64,000 bases of DNA from an uncultured Chloroflexia bacterium (GCA_963750275.1 CAVVQC010000001.1:75127-139126), one strand, 5' to 3'. Shown: positions 38,162-47,316, counted from the first letter of the stretch. Made by a program: numbers and translations. Notes: generated by a model from the sequence alone, not told the origin.

Positions 38162-38989
38162 TTGGGCACACTCTACGTAGTGGCAACGCCAATTGGAAAC
38201 ATGGAGGACCTTTCGCCCAGAGCGCAACGGGTGCTTGGTGAGGTTGCGCTGATCGCGGCGGAGGACACGCGGCATACGGGTTCGATGCTGAAGCGGCTCG
38301 GGATTTCGACACCGATGTTGAGTAACCACGGATTCAACGAACGGGCGCGCGTCGAGCGTTTTCTTGAGGCGCTCAGTTCTGGAGATGTGGCGCTGGTGAG
38401 CGACTCGGGCACCCCGGCGATCTCGGATCCAGGTTCCATTCTGGTAGGAGCCGCGGCGGAGGCTGGCTATCAGGTGGTCCCGATCCCGGGCCCGTCAGCA
38501 GCAATCGCGGCGGTTTCGGCCTCTGGATTGATCGATGGCCCATTTCTCTTTCTCGGATTCTTACCCCGATCGATGGGGGAGCGGACCACGACTCTGGCCC
38601 GTGCGCTGGCGAGTGGAGTGCCACTCGTGCTCTATGAAAGCGGACCGCGCATGCTCAAGCTGGCGGAGCAGTTAGGCGAGATTGCGCCGGAACGCTCTGT
38701 GGTGGTTTTTCGCGAACTGACCAAGGTCCATGAGGAGGCGATCCGGGGAGGTGCCCTCGAACTTCTTTCGAAATTGAACGAGACCGTGCTCAAAGGGGAG
38801 TTTGTGATCATCGTTGGCAATGGGGAGGTCGACCTTCATACGGACCCCGATGCCGAAATTGCGAATCGTCTCGAGAAGGGAGATCGTCCTTCAGACATCG
38901 CGCGCGACCTTGCGAAAGCCAGTGGAGTACCGCGTTCCGAACTTTACGCACGAATCTTGCTAATTCAGGGTGCGCGAGAGTCCTGCTAG
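38162..38989 (+). CDS. rsmI: 16S rRNA (cytidine1402-2'-O)-methyltransferase RsmI
   Basis: TTG start. GTLYVVATPIGNMEDLSPRAQRVLGEVALIAAEDTRHTG.LL...GI. Confidence 0.9.
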   Translation: MGTLYVVATPIGNMEDLSPRAQRVLGEVALIAAEDTRHTGSMLKRLGISTPMLSNHGFNERARVERFLEALSSGDVALVSDSGTPAISDPGSILVGAAAEAGYQVVPIPGPSAAIAAVSASGLIDGPFLFLGFLPRSMGERTTTLARALASGVPLVLYESGPRMLKLAEQLGEIAPERSVVVFRELTKVHEEAIRGGALELLSKLNETVLKGEFVIIVGNGEVDLHTDPDAEIANRLEKGDRPSDIARDLAKASGVPRSELYARILLIQGARESC

Positions 38990-40101
38990 TTGGCCTGGAA
39001 TGCCAGTTTTCTGTGGTGAATCAGGACGCTTTGTAAAATTCCAATTCCAAGCAGGAACGTCCAGAGTGACGACGACCCCTGGCTGATCAGCGGGAGTGTG
39101 ATGCCGGTTACTGGCATGATGCCCATATTCATGCCCATATTCACAAATGACTGATAGAAGAGCATGGCGGAAAATCCGATGGCCAGGGCTTGGCCGAATT
39201 GATCGCGCGCTGATTGAGCGACCCGGAGGCACCGCCAGAGCAAAATCATATAGAGCACAAAGAGACAGATGATTCCCACAAACCCGACCATACCGCTGGC
39301 ATGTGCAAAGATAAAGTCGGATTCGCGCACCTTCAGAAGCTCCAGCCGGCTTTGTGTGCCACCTTGTAGGCCTGAACCAAATACCCCGCCGGCGCCAATG
39401 GCATATCGAGCCTGAATAATGTTGTACCCATCTCCGGTGGGATCCTTGAAGGGATCGAATGAGATGAGCAAGCGAGCCTTCTGGTAGTCCTTCAGGACGT
39501 AATGCCAAGCGAAAATTGCGAAGGGAAGTGCAACCGCAAACAATGGCAAGAGATAGCGCCATCTTGCTTGTGTGGTCAGAATGATCGACAACCAGATAAC
39601 GCCGAAGACGCTGGCGGAGCCGAGATCGGGCTCCATGAAGACGAGCCCGGCGGGTACCAGCGCGATCAGCAAGGAAACGGCAAAGTTCCCGAGCTCACGC
39701 ATTTGCTCCCCGCGGGAAGCAACGAAGGATGAAAGGGCAATGACGGTTGCAAGCTTGGCGAACTCCGACGGCTGGATTGTCGTCACGCCCAGATCGAACC
39801 AACGACGCGAGCCGGCGATCGACACTCCGATGCCCGGAATGAGCACGATCACCAATGTAGCGAGTGAGCCAGCATAGAGCGGCCAAGCCAGGGTTGCGAG
39901 GAAGCGATAGTTGAAACTGGCGACCAGGATGAGCAGCATGACACCCAGGATGGCGAAAATTGCCTGGCGCACACCGTCATTGAGGATCGACAGTTGCTCT
40001 CCGCCCTGGGCGCTCCAGATGGCAACAACGCCGAACGCGATAAGCAGTCCGGTGGTCAATACCATATAGAAGTCGAAATCGTGGAGTTTTCTGGAATTCA
40101 T
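38986..40101 (-). CDS. SEDS-family peptidoglycan glycosyltransferase (FtsW/RodA/SpoVE)
   Basis: 371 aa and about 10 TM helices. QPSEFAKLATVIALS, DLGSA, and the C-terminal GITLPLISQGSSSLW signature. Confidence 0.9.
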   Translation of the reverse strand: MNSRKLHDFDFYMVLTTGLLIAFGVVAIWSAQGGEQLSILNDGVRQAIFAILGVMLLILVASFNYRFLATLAWPLYAGSLATLVIVLIPGIGVSIAGSRRWFDLGVTTIQPSEFAKLATVIALSSFVASRGEQMRELGNFAVSLLIALVPAGLVFMEPDLGSASVFGVIWLSIILTTQARWRYLLPLFAVALPFAIFAWHYVLKDYQKARLLISFDPFKDPTGDGYNIIQARYAIGAGGVFGSGLQGGTQSRLELLKVRESDFIFAHASGMVGFVGIICLFVLYMILLWRCLRVAQSARDQFGQALAIGFSAMLFYQSFVNMGMNMGIMPVTGITLPLISQGSSSLWTFLLGIGILQSVLIHHRKLAFQAN

Positions 40102-40273
40102 TGCTGCGCAACGACCGGTTGCAAACTGAGGGTGTCAAAGTTGGGCGGCTCGCAAGTTATCGAGCGAGCGCACACGGTGCCGACGCGAAGTATGTCACGC
40201 CATGCAATGTGTTGACCGCTTTTCAGTGAGCGGATGCCGATAGTAAACTAGTTTTCGATTACAGGAGAACAAT

Positions 40274-40804
40274 GTGTCCGAGTCTGAAGGTCGAGAAATC
40301 GCACCCATCGATGTGCGATGGGCCAATGTAGAAGCGTTGGGCGAACCGGGTCAGCGCCGTTTTCGGCTCTTGATCGCCTCCGAGACGGAGACGATTGTGT
40401 TGTGGATGGAGAAAATGCAGGTCGATGCGTTGAGCCGCGCACTCGAGCAACTCCTTGATCAACTGGCAGGAGAAGAGGAATTGGTCGCGAGTGCGGAGAT
40501 CGAGCCACAGTTCGACCTGGGCTCGGACCGGCAGTTTCGTGTGGGTAAGCTGGAGATCGGGTATGACGATACACGCGATCGCATTGTCCTGATCGCTTAC
40601 GATATCGAGGAACCGGAAGCCTTTGGTCCGGCAGCCGTTTGCCGGCTCACCCGTACCCATTCGGCAGAAATTTCAGAAGAGGCGGAGCGGGTCGTGGCGG
40701 CTGGGCGGCCACGTTGTGTGATGTGTGGCACACCGATGGGTCCTGGTCCACATGCTTGCGCCAACCAGAATGGGCACCTCCGGGAGGAGTACGAACTGGA
40801 TTGA
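40274..40804 (+). CDS. DUF3090-family protein (TIGR03847-like)
   Basis: GTG start after AGGAG. GEPGQRRFRLL...VLWMEKMQVDALSRAL..LL and the C-terminal RPRCVMCGTPMGPGPHACANQNGH match my recollection of the DUF3090 pattern. Confidence 0.6.
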   Translation: MSESEGREIAPIDVRWANVEALGEPGQRRFRLLIASETETIVLWMEKMQVDALSRALEQLLDQLAGEEELVASAEIEPQFDLGSDRQFRVGKLEIGYDDTRDRIVLIAYDIEEPEAFGPAAVCRLTRTHSAEISEEAERVVAAGRPRCVMCGTPMGPGPHACANQNGHLREEYELD

Positions 40805-40843
40805 AGAAACGGCTCGGAATCGCATCGGCTTCCACAGCCGAGC

Positions 40844-40872
40844 TTGACACGAAGTCTCGAGATGGCTAGAAT
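40844..40872 (+). promoter_or_regulatory. Sigma-70-type promoter for tRNA-Gly (TTGACA-N17-TAGAAT)
   Basis: Perfect -35 TTGACA (40844..40849), a 17-nt spacer, and -10 TAGAAT (40867..40872), 29 nt upstream of the tRNA 5' end. Confidence 0.6.
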
Positions 40873-40901
40873 CCAAAATCCGGTGACGAGCTGGTCGTCA
40901 T

Positions 40902-40973
40902 GCGGAAGTGGCTCAGTGGTAGAGCATCTCCTTGCCAAGGAGAAGGTCGCGGGTTCGAATCCCGTCTTCCGCT
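40902..40973 (+). tRNA. tRNA-Gly (anticodon GCC)
   Basis: Acceptor GCGGAAG/CTTCCGC, anticodon loop TTGCCAA, T-arm GCGGG-TTCGAAT-CCCGT. CCA is not encoded. Confidence 0.9.
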
Positions 40974-40975
40974 CC

Positions 40976-41006
40976 GAAAAAACCCGCGTTTTAACGCGGG
41001 TTTTTG
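40976..41006 (+). terminator. Intrinsic terminator after tRNA-Gly
   Basis: AAAAAACCCGCG-TTTTAA-CGCGGGTTTTT. Confidence 0.85.
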
Positions 41007-41125
41007 CATTCCCGGCATGAATTCCCAGTGCTGAACTTCAAGGACCCATCCCGACGGCGGATCAGAAGTATCCGTCTTCCTAAGAAAATTGGTTGCACTC
41101 AGTAATCCGGCGAATGTCGTAACCG

Positions 41126-41506
41126 TCAGTTCGAGATGAACGACACGACTTCTGTCGTGACTACGCTGGCTGCTGGATCTTTGGCGAACACCACCGTCCC
41201 CGATCTCGTGGCGCCTCCTGGAATCAGCGCGATCGTGAGCGATCGGGTCTCCTCGCCAGACGTCACGTCGACCGTTACTTCTTGCGCAGATTCGTCTCCG
41301 TGGTTGGTGACGGCTATGGGCAAGTAGTACGCGTCCCCTCGTTGCTCGATATCGCCCGTCTGCGATTGGACTCCAAACGACGGAGGGTCATTCGAGCCCC
41401 TTAACCACAGGCCACTCAACCCGCCGATCATGATGACGAGAACGGCAAGACTCACCGCGTAGGTGACGAATTCCGGGAAGCTGCGTTGACTGCTTTTCGC
41501 TTTCAC
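41126..41506 (-). CDS. Small single-TM protein (TIGR02588-like partner of the upstream membrane protein)
   Basis: GTG 41506 overlaps the upstream stop (GTGA). It has an N-terminal TM (FVTYAVSLAVLVIMIGGLSGLWL) followed by a beta-rich domain (YYLPIAVTNHGDESAQEVTVDV...). Confidence 0.6.
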   Translation of the reverse strand: MKAKSSQRSFPEFVTYAVSLAVLVIMIGGLSGLWLRGSNDPPSFGVQSQTGDIEQRGDAYYLPIAVTNHGDESAQEVTVDVTSGEETRSLTIALIPGGATRSGTVVFAKDPAASVVTTEVVSFISN

Positions 41507-42342
41507 AGAACAAGTCTCCCGGCGGCACCGCCAATGGTCACGGGAAAGGCCAGTACGACCGCGAGCGTCAAATTCCATGTCAGCGGATCATGGAACTCCA
41601 GTCGCCCGAGCAGGAAGAGAGTGAGGACCGCGACAAACAACGAGACGACATAACTAATAATCGTCTCCGGAAACGCGCGGTGATACGCGGCTTCAGGAGT
41701 GTTTCCTTCGCCTCGCGTGGCAAACACAATGACGTACGAAATGATCAGAGCGGCAACCATCAGGAGAATCAGGTGCTGTCCATTGAGCTCGGCGGCCAGT
41801 AACTGAATCTCATCTGTTGGGATAATTCCAAATCCTATGAACAACCCGCCAATCATGGTTATCCCAATATCCATCAAGAGGGCTGTCATACCAGGTTGGG
41901 ACTCTGCGTCGTCATCGGGTTCATCTTGCTGATACGCGGTAAAGAGCGAATTCGCGATCGATGCGCCAATGCTCAGCGGGACTGCTTGAAGTGCGATGCT
42001 CCTGATCGTCATTGCGAGCGAATCGCCCGGTGAAATACGCTGTAAAACGAATAGCAGCGTGCCGCCGATCACGGCCCCGATGGCCAACACCTCGATTGCC
42101 TGATCGACCGCGCCACGCAAAGTTGGATCCTGCTTGAAGCCCGCGTAATAGGCAAGTCCGACATTGATTGGAAAGGCAAGCGCAATGAGCGTCAGTACCT
42201 TCCAGATCGGCAGCTCAGCGGCGATCGACCACATTTCCAGCGTGAAGATCATTGGTACTGCGAAGATGAGCGCTCCGGTGACCGCTCGCGCCAGATCGCG
42301 CCGTTCATCACGCCAGGTGTGCGAGGACGTGGTGGTTGGCAT
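41503..42342 (-). CDS. Polytopic membrane protein (DUF2391/TIGR02587-like), function unknown
   Basis: 279 aa with at least 6 hydrophobic segments and an acidic loop (QQDEPDDDAESQ). The family assignment is from memory of the conserved TIGR02587/TIGR02588 gene pair. Confidence 0.6.
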   Translation of the reverse strand: MPTTTSSHTWRDERRDLARAVTGALIFAVPMIFTLEMWSIAAELPIWKVLTLIALAFPINVGLAYYAGFKQDPTLRGAVDQAIEVLAIGAVIGGTLLFVLQRISPGDSLAMTIRSIALQAVPLSIGASIANSLFTAYQQDEPDDDAESQPGMTALLMDIGITMIGGLFIGFGIIPTDEIQLLAAELNGQHLILLMVAALIISYVIVFATRGEGNTPEAAYHRAFPETIISYVVSLFVAVLTLFLLGRLEFHDPLTWNLTLAVVLAFPVTIGGAAGRLVL

Positions 42343-42711
42343 TCAGTACATTCCGCTTAAACCGATTGAAGTGAATTGGGCATTGGCTGAATGATACAAG
42401 CGATTCCTGCTCATTGATTTCATGTTGGGGATCCGCTTCGCTCGGGGGAACGTGGAGAGCCCAGGCGGGCAAAAGCCCAGATTGAGGCTCATATCGAGAT
42501 TGGGTATTGGAATCGCATTGACCACTTTCATCGAGACATGTTCCTGAGGCGACGAAAGGGGGTAGGCTGCGTGGACGCTCGTTCTTCAAGCGTACGAAAT
42601 GCAGGTCGATTTTTGAAATATTGCTAGCTCCGGCGGACTTTTTTACCCATTGTGCCTCGCGGTCGGAAGCTCACTTTGCTTTTGGTCCCTGCCGGAAACG
42701 GAGAGAGAGGA

Positions 42712-42749
42712 ACCGCCGCAGATTAGAAATCTGCGGCGGTGTTTTTCTT
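42712..42749 (+). terminator. Strong intrinsic terminator oriented for the plus strand (may also serve the minus-strand LLM gene)
   Basis: ACCGCCGCAGAT-TAGAA-ATCTGCGGCGGT is followed on the plus strand by GTTTTTCTT. On the minus strand the tail is only TCCTCTCTCTCC. Confidence 0.7.
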
Positions 42750-42767
42750 GTTCGTTGTGAGATCGAA

Positions 42768-43742
42768 CTACTGGTCGAGAATTTCCAGCGTTTTGGCGAA
42801 CTGCTCGACTCCGGCAGGCGTTTCCGGATCGAGCTGGACGTGAACTTCCGAAACTCCTTCTTCGGCGAATCGATTGAGCAGGTCTGCTAGCTGCGCCGGG
42901 TCCCCTTCGGATGCTCCCATTGCGAGGCGGCGAGCACGGACGTTGGGGTTCCCGGGAGTCGACTCCCATCCAGGAAGGTTGAAGGCGATCCCATTCGTTC
43001 GTTTGAGGGTTGCCGGGTCACGGTCGTTGTTGACGCAGACGATGTCGATCATCTCACGAATGCGTGGAACTAGGGCCGGATCATTGATGATGGGGCAGTT
43101 CCAGATGTCGGCGTATTGCGCCACCAGGTCCAGCACGCGATTTCCGCCGCGTTCGACGCCCAACCAGCCACCAAGCGGGGTGCCTGCGATGGTACCGATC
43201 ATGATCGGCGGTCCTTCTGATCTTGGTCCTCTCGGTCTCAACTCGCACTCGACTGCTTGATAGAAGTCGCCTTCGAACGTCACCTGACCGGTTCGTATCA
43301 ACGGAGCAATGATCGCCAGCGCTTCGGCGAAGCGACCTATCCGGTGATCGAAGGGAAAACCGAATTGCTGATATTCCGGCTCATGCCAGCCAGCGCCGAG
43401 CGCAAGGACGAGTCGCCCGTCGCTGATCTCATCCACGGTGTCCGCCATTTTTGCGATCAATGCCGGGTTACGCCAGCCAGTGCACAGCACATGTGGACCG
43501 ATGCGGATGCGTTCGGTGACCGCCGCCAGGGCAGAGATCAGCGACCAGGCCTCCCAGATGCCGTATGGTTCGGTGCCTTCGAATGCATGTATGAGATGGT
43601 CCGGAATCCAGACGGAATCGAATCCGACCGCTTCGCCCGTGGTCACGAGATCCTTGATTTCGGGCCAGCTCAGTATCCAATCTCGCTCGCGGTCTTCCAC
43701 CGTGGTGATGATGAGTCCGACATCGATCGGTCGATTTCCCAT
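42768..43742 (-). CDS. LLM-class (luciferase-like) flavin/F420-dependent oxidoreductase
   Basis: 324 aa. E..GFDSVW.PDHL, RIRIGP.V, and LVLALGAGWHEPEY..FG.PF..R..RF.E.L. Confidence 0.8.
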   Translation of the reverse strand: MGNRPIDVGLIITTVEDRERDWILSWPEIKDLVTTGEAVGFDSVWIPDHLIHAFEGTEPYGIWEAWSLISALAAVTERIRIGPHVLCTGWRNPALIAKMADTVDEISDGRLVLALGAGWHEPEYQQFGFPFDHRIGRFAEALAIIAPLIRTGQVTFEGDFYQAVECELRPRGPRSEGPPIMIGTIAGTPLGGWLGVERGGNRVLDLVAQYADIWNCPIINDPALVPRIREMIDIVCVNNDRDPATLKRTNGIAFNLPGWESTPGNPNVRARRLAMGASEGDPAQLADLLNRFAEEGVSEVHVQLDPETPAGVEQFAKTLEILDQ

Positions 43743-43852
43743 TCCTTTTTGCTCCGTTCCGGATGTGGCCGATCCTGATCTATGATTCGCGTCACCGGCA
43801 TGGTACGGTGCTTTCCGGATTGACGAAAGTGGCTTTCAAAGGAGCTAAAGTG

Positions 43853-44884
43853 ATGGCAGATCGGCAAGTCAAAGCGGCGGTGATCGGAGTGGGACTCCTG
43901 GGCGAACAGCATGCTGGGCAGTATGTGAAGAGCCAGAAGTCGGAGCTGGTCCTGGTACATGATGCCAATCCCGATCGGGCCAAGACCGTCGGCGAGTTGC
44001 TGGGCGTGCCCTGGACATCCAATCTTGCCGATGTTGGCGCGTCGGATGCCGAGATCGTAAGCATCGCCACACCGGACCATTTGCATCACGAAGCGGCGAT
44101 GCGGATGCTGGAAGCCGGAAAGCATCTTTTGGTGGAAAAGCCATTGGCGACGCGCACGAGCGAAGCGTTGGAAATCGTCGAGCTGTCTCGCAAGAACGAC
44201 CGAAAGGTGACCATCAATCTCGGCAATCGCTGGATGGGTGGTTTTCAATCGATTCGCGAAGCCATTCAAGAGGGTGAAATCGGGGATCCTGTCTACGCGT
44301 ACTGCCGATGCAGCGACACGATTTGGGTGCCAACCGAGATGCTTTCCTGGGCAGGACGCTCGGGACCGCAATGGTTTCTTTTTGCGCACACCATGGATCT
44401 TATTCGCTGGTTCCTTGGCCAGGAAGCAAAAGACGTCTATGCGGTTGGGACCAAGAAGATTCTGGCTGAAAAGGGGATCGACGCTTTCGATGCCATACAG
44501 GCGGTCGTGAATTTCGAGAACACCTTCGTCACGTTCGAGACGTCCTGGATCCTCCCGGAGGCGTGGCCCGCTATCGTCGAATTCGAAATCACATTGAACG
44601 GCTCAGAAGGTCGCCTCGGTTTCGATGGTATTCGGCAGGGGTTCGAACTGTCCTCCGATAAGGTCGGCAAACACATGTTCGCTCGTCCCTCACTCTGGAC
44701 GTATTTCAAGCTGCCGGACTGGTGGTGGGGGAGCCTGCACGACCTCGTCGATGCGGTGATCGAAGATCGGGAGCCGACGATCCCGGTCGAGGACGGCGCT
44801 GCCGTGACGGCTATGATCGAGGCCACCGAGCGTTCGATCGCTGAAGGTCGCAAGATCGAGCTTTCAGAAATGATTCTCGGATAA
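43853..44884 (+). CDS. Gfo/Idh/MocA-family NAD(P)-dependent oxidoreductase
   Basis: ATG 43853 after AAAGGAG. Rossmann motif VKAAVIGVGLLGEQHA, then ATPDHLHHEAAMRMLEAGKHLLVEKPLA. Confidence 0.85.
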   Translation: MADRQVKAAVIGVGLLGEQHAGQYVKSQKSELVLVHDANPDRAKTVGELLGVPWTSNLADVGASDAEIVSIATPDHLHHEAAMRMLEAGKHLLVEKPLATRTSEALEIVELSRKNDRKVTINLGNRWMGGFQSIREAIQEGEIGDPVYAYCRCSDTIWVPTEMLSWAGRSGPQWFLFAHTMDLIRWFLGQEAKDVYAVGTKKILAEKGIDAFDAIQAVVNFENTFVTFETSWILPEAWPAIVEFEITLNGSEGRLGFDGIRQGFELSSDKVGKHMFARPSLWTYFKLPDWWWGSLHDLVDAVIEDREPTIPVEDGAAVTAMIEATERSIAEGRKIELSEMILG

Positions 44885-45170
44885 CAGTGAAGTCTGCCTG
44901 CGGGTATGGAGCAGGCGACTTCCGGGCAAAACCCATTCCGAGGACAAGGCATTGCAAAGACATGGCGCGCCGAGTCCTCGGAATTTGCGTTACGCGGTGC
45001 ACGACGATTGCGCTGGTGATTCAACAGTTTCCGAGCCCTGGGTACGCGCTCATTATTCGATACCGCCACGGGACGGATTTACACTGGTAGCGGGGGTTAT
45101 GAGGTGGCGGCATTTGGCGTCGCCTGCGACTGACTCCTCTGTGAGTATTTGATCGTCCGGATTGGTACGC

Positions 45171-46071
45171 ATGCTACTTTCTGAGCAAGCCAAGCTCGCT
45201 CTCACGTCATCTGAGCCAATCGTGGCGCTCGAATCGACCATCATTTCGCATGGACTTCCCAAGCCACGCAACCACGCTAGCTGCGATCGAGTTCGAAACG
45301 ATTCTGCGCGACATGGGGGTGACTCCGGCCACGATTGCCGTGCTCGATGGAGAGCAACGCATCGGTCTCGACGCTGAGGGAGTTCGGCGGATCTCTGAAG
45401 AGTCGATGGCGAAGGCAAGCGTCCGCGACCTGCCGATGCTGGCGGCGACCAAACGGAGCGCGGCGACGACGGTGGCCGCAACATCGTATCTGGCAAATCG
45501 AGCAGGGATTCGGGTGTTTGCCACCGGCGGGCTCGGTGGTGTCCACCGTGGCGCGTCGGAATCCTTTGACGAATCCGCGGATATGGCGACGCTGGCCGAA
45601 ACGCCGATTACGGTTGTCTCGGCCGGAGTGAAATCCGTGCTCGATATTGGTGCGACGCTGGAGCGGATGGAGACCTTCAGTATTCCGGTGATTGGCTATG
45701 GCACCGATCGGTTTCCGCGATTCTGGTTGCGTGAGTCCGATGCTGTGCTCGACTGGGCAGTCGATACGGCCGAGGAGATTGCGCAGATCATGCGAGCGAG
45801 GGACGAGCTTGGTATGAAACAGGGAATCGTCGTAGCAAACCCGATTTCTGACGACCTCGCCTGGGATCTCGAAGAGCACGATCGCATTCTGGAACAAGCC
45901 CTGCGAGAGGCGACGGAGCGGGATATTACGGGTAAAGCGGTTACCCCATTCCTGCTGTTGCGCATTGTGGAGCTTTCGGACGGGCGGAGCCTGGAAGTGA
46001 ATCTCGACCTGGCGCGAAACAACGTGCGGGTTGCAGGTGAGATTGCCACGGCATGGGCGAATCTTGAGTAA
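45171..46071 (+). pseudogene. psuG: Pseudouridine-5'-phosphate glycosidase PsuG, frame broken by an apparent 1-nt deletion near nt 45277
   Basis: The N-terminus (ORF 45162..45377) reads LLSEQAKLALTSSEPIVALESTIISHGLPKPRNHA and then goes out of frame. The conserved remainder, TTLAAIEFETILRDMGVTPATIAVLDGEQRIGL...FATGGLGGVHRG...VVSAGVKSVLD, is in ORF 45250..46071. Confidence 0.85.
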
Positions 46072-46936
46072 TCGAATCATCTGCTACGGCGACGTCATCG
46101 ACGATATCGTCGTTGCTCCCCAGGGTCAAATTCGGGAAGATACCGATACCTCGTCCGTCATTCGCATGCGTCCAGGTGGATCGGCGGCGAATACCGCTGC
46201 GTGGCTCGGGACTCTTGGCGCTCAGGTAGACATGGTTGGTGTAGTGGGCAGTGGCGACGCCCAACGCCATCAAGCGCTGCTTCCCGGTGTGGAAGCCGCT
46301 CTTCGAGAGCATCCGACGCTCCCGACCGGGAGAATCGTTATCATCATCCAGAACGAGCGACGGGACATGCTGACCGACCGTGGCGCGAATGTCGATCTTT
46401 CCCCGGACGATGTCAGCGACGCGATGCTCAGTCAAGCCCGATTGCTTCACCTTACCGGTCACACGTTGCTCAATTTCGATGGCTACGCACGCATGCGAAC
46501 CTTGATTCAGCGGTGCCGAGCGGCCGGAGTCTTCGTGAGTGTATCGCCTGGCTCAGCGGGTTTCCTCCTCGACGTGGGCGTGGAACGGGCCCGACGCGCG
46601 TTTGCAGGCGCGGATCTGGTGTTCGCTGGACTCGAAGATGGGAAGTTGCTGGCCGGCGCGGACGATCCCGAATCGGCAGTCTTAGCGCTGAATGAACTGT
46701 TCGAGATCGCGATTGTGACGCGCGGTAGCGAAGGTGTGATCGTTAGCGAGCGAGGAACGACCCATTCGGTCTCGATCGATGCGCTGCCAATTGTCGATCC
46801 GACCGGAGCGGGGGATGCTTTTTGCGCTGGATTCCTCGACGAGTGGATTTCCAATTGGGACGTCAAGCGGGCGACCTACGCCGGGGTCGATCTCGCGGCT
46901 GAGGCAGTGGGCGTACTCGGTGGACGACCGGTGTAG
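46031..46936 (+). CDS. PfkB-family carbohydrate kinase (pseudouridine-kinase-like, by context)
   Basis: GGSAANTAAWLG ... the C-terminal DPTGAGDAFCAGFL motif. The likely start is TTG 46064 (MSNRIICYGD), just before the psuG stop. Confidence 0.8.
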   Translation: MQVRLPRHGRILSNRIICYGDVIDDIVVAPQGQIREDTDTSSVIRMRPGGSAANTAAWLGTLGAQVDMVGVVGSGDAQRHQALLPGVEAALREHPTLPTGRIVIIIQNERRDMLTDRGANVDLSPDDVSDAMLSQARLLHLTGHTLLNFDGYARMRTLIQRCRAAGVFVSVSPGSAGFLLDVGVERARRAFAGADLVFAGLEDGKLLAGADDPESAVLALNELFEIAIVTRGSEGVIVSERGTTHSVSIDALPIVDPTGAGDAFCAGFLDEWISNWDVKRATYAGVDLAAEAVGVLGGRPV

Positions 46937-46973
46937 GATTTCTCGTTCCTCCGGTACCATTCGGTGGTCACAT

Positions 46974-47054
46974 GCGGGCGTGGCGAAACGGCAGACGCTG
47001 CGGTCTTAAACACCGCTGGAGCAATCCATCCGGGTTCGATTCCCGGCGCCCGCA
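46974..47054 (+). tRNA. tRNA-Leu (anticodon UAA)
   Basis: Type II tRNA. Acceptor GCGGGCG/CGCCCGC, anticodon stem-loop GCGGT-CTTAAAC-ACCGC, 13-nt variable arm, T-arm CCGGG-TTCGATT-CCCGG. Confidence 0.88.
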
Positions 47055-47316
47055 CCCTTCATCCTCTGTTCCGGGGAAGTCCGACTCCTCGGTAGTAATT
47101 TCCAGTCACTTGCTGAACATGACTACACGCTCGGATGAGCAGTAGACCGGTGTCTGCCACAGTGGCGGACAGCTTCCTCTTTCGCTTTGCTGGGGCGGAA
47201 TCTGGAGTTCCTGCGACTATCGCATTTGAATGTGATAGCTGGGCGGATATGCTGCGTCACGGCAGCAGTCGAGAGCGGAAGCCCTCTCGCTGAATTGCTT
47301 AGCGCGTTCCTACGAA

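Noticed and set aside
47055-47316. Two motif-like sequences. GCCACTG (B12-box-like) occurs on the minus strand near 47155-47165. GGGGAAGTCCGACTCC, resembling the RNase P P4 sequence GAGGAAAGTCCGGGCTCC, occurs at about 47073-47088.
   Set aside because: These are isolated short matches. The other conserved cobalamin-riboswitch and RNase P elements are absent, the region is too short for a type A RNase P RNA, and no downstream gene sits in the right orientation for a riboswitch.
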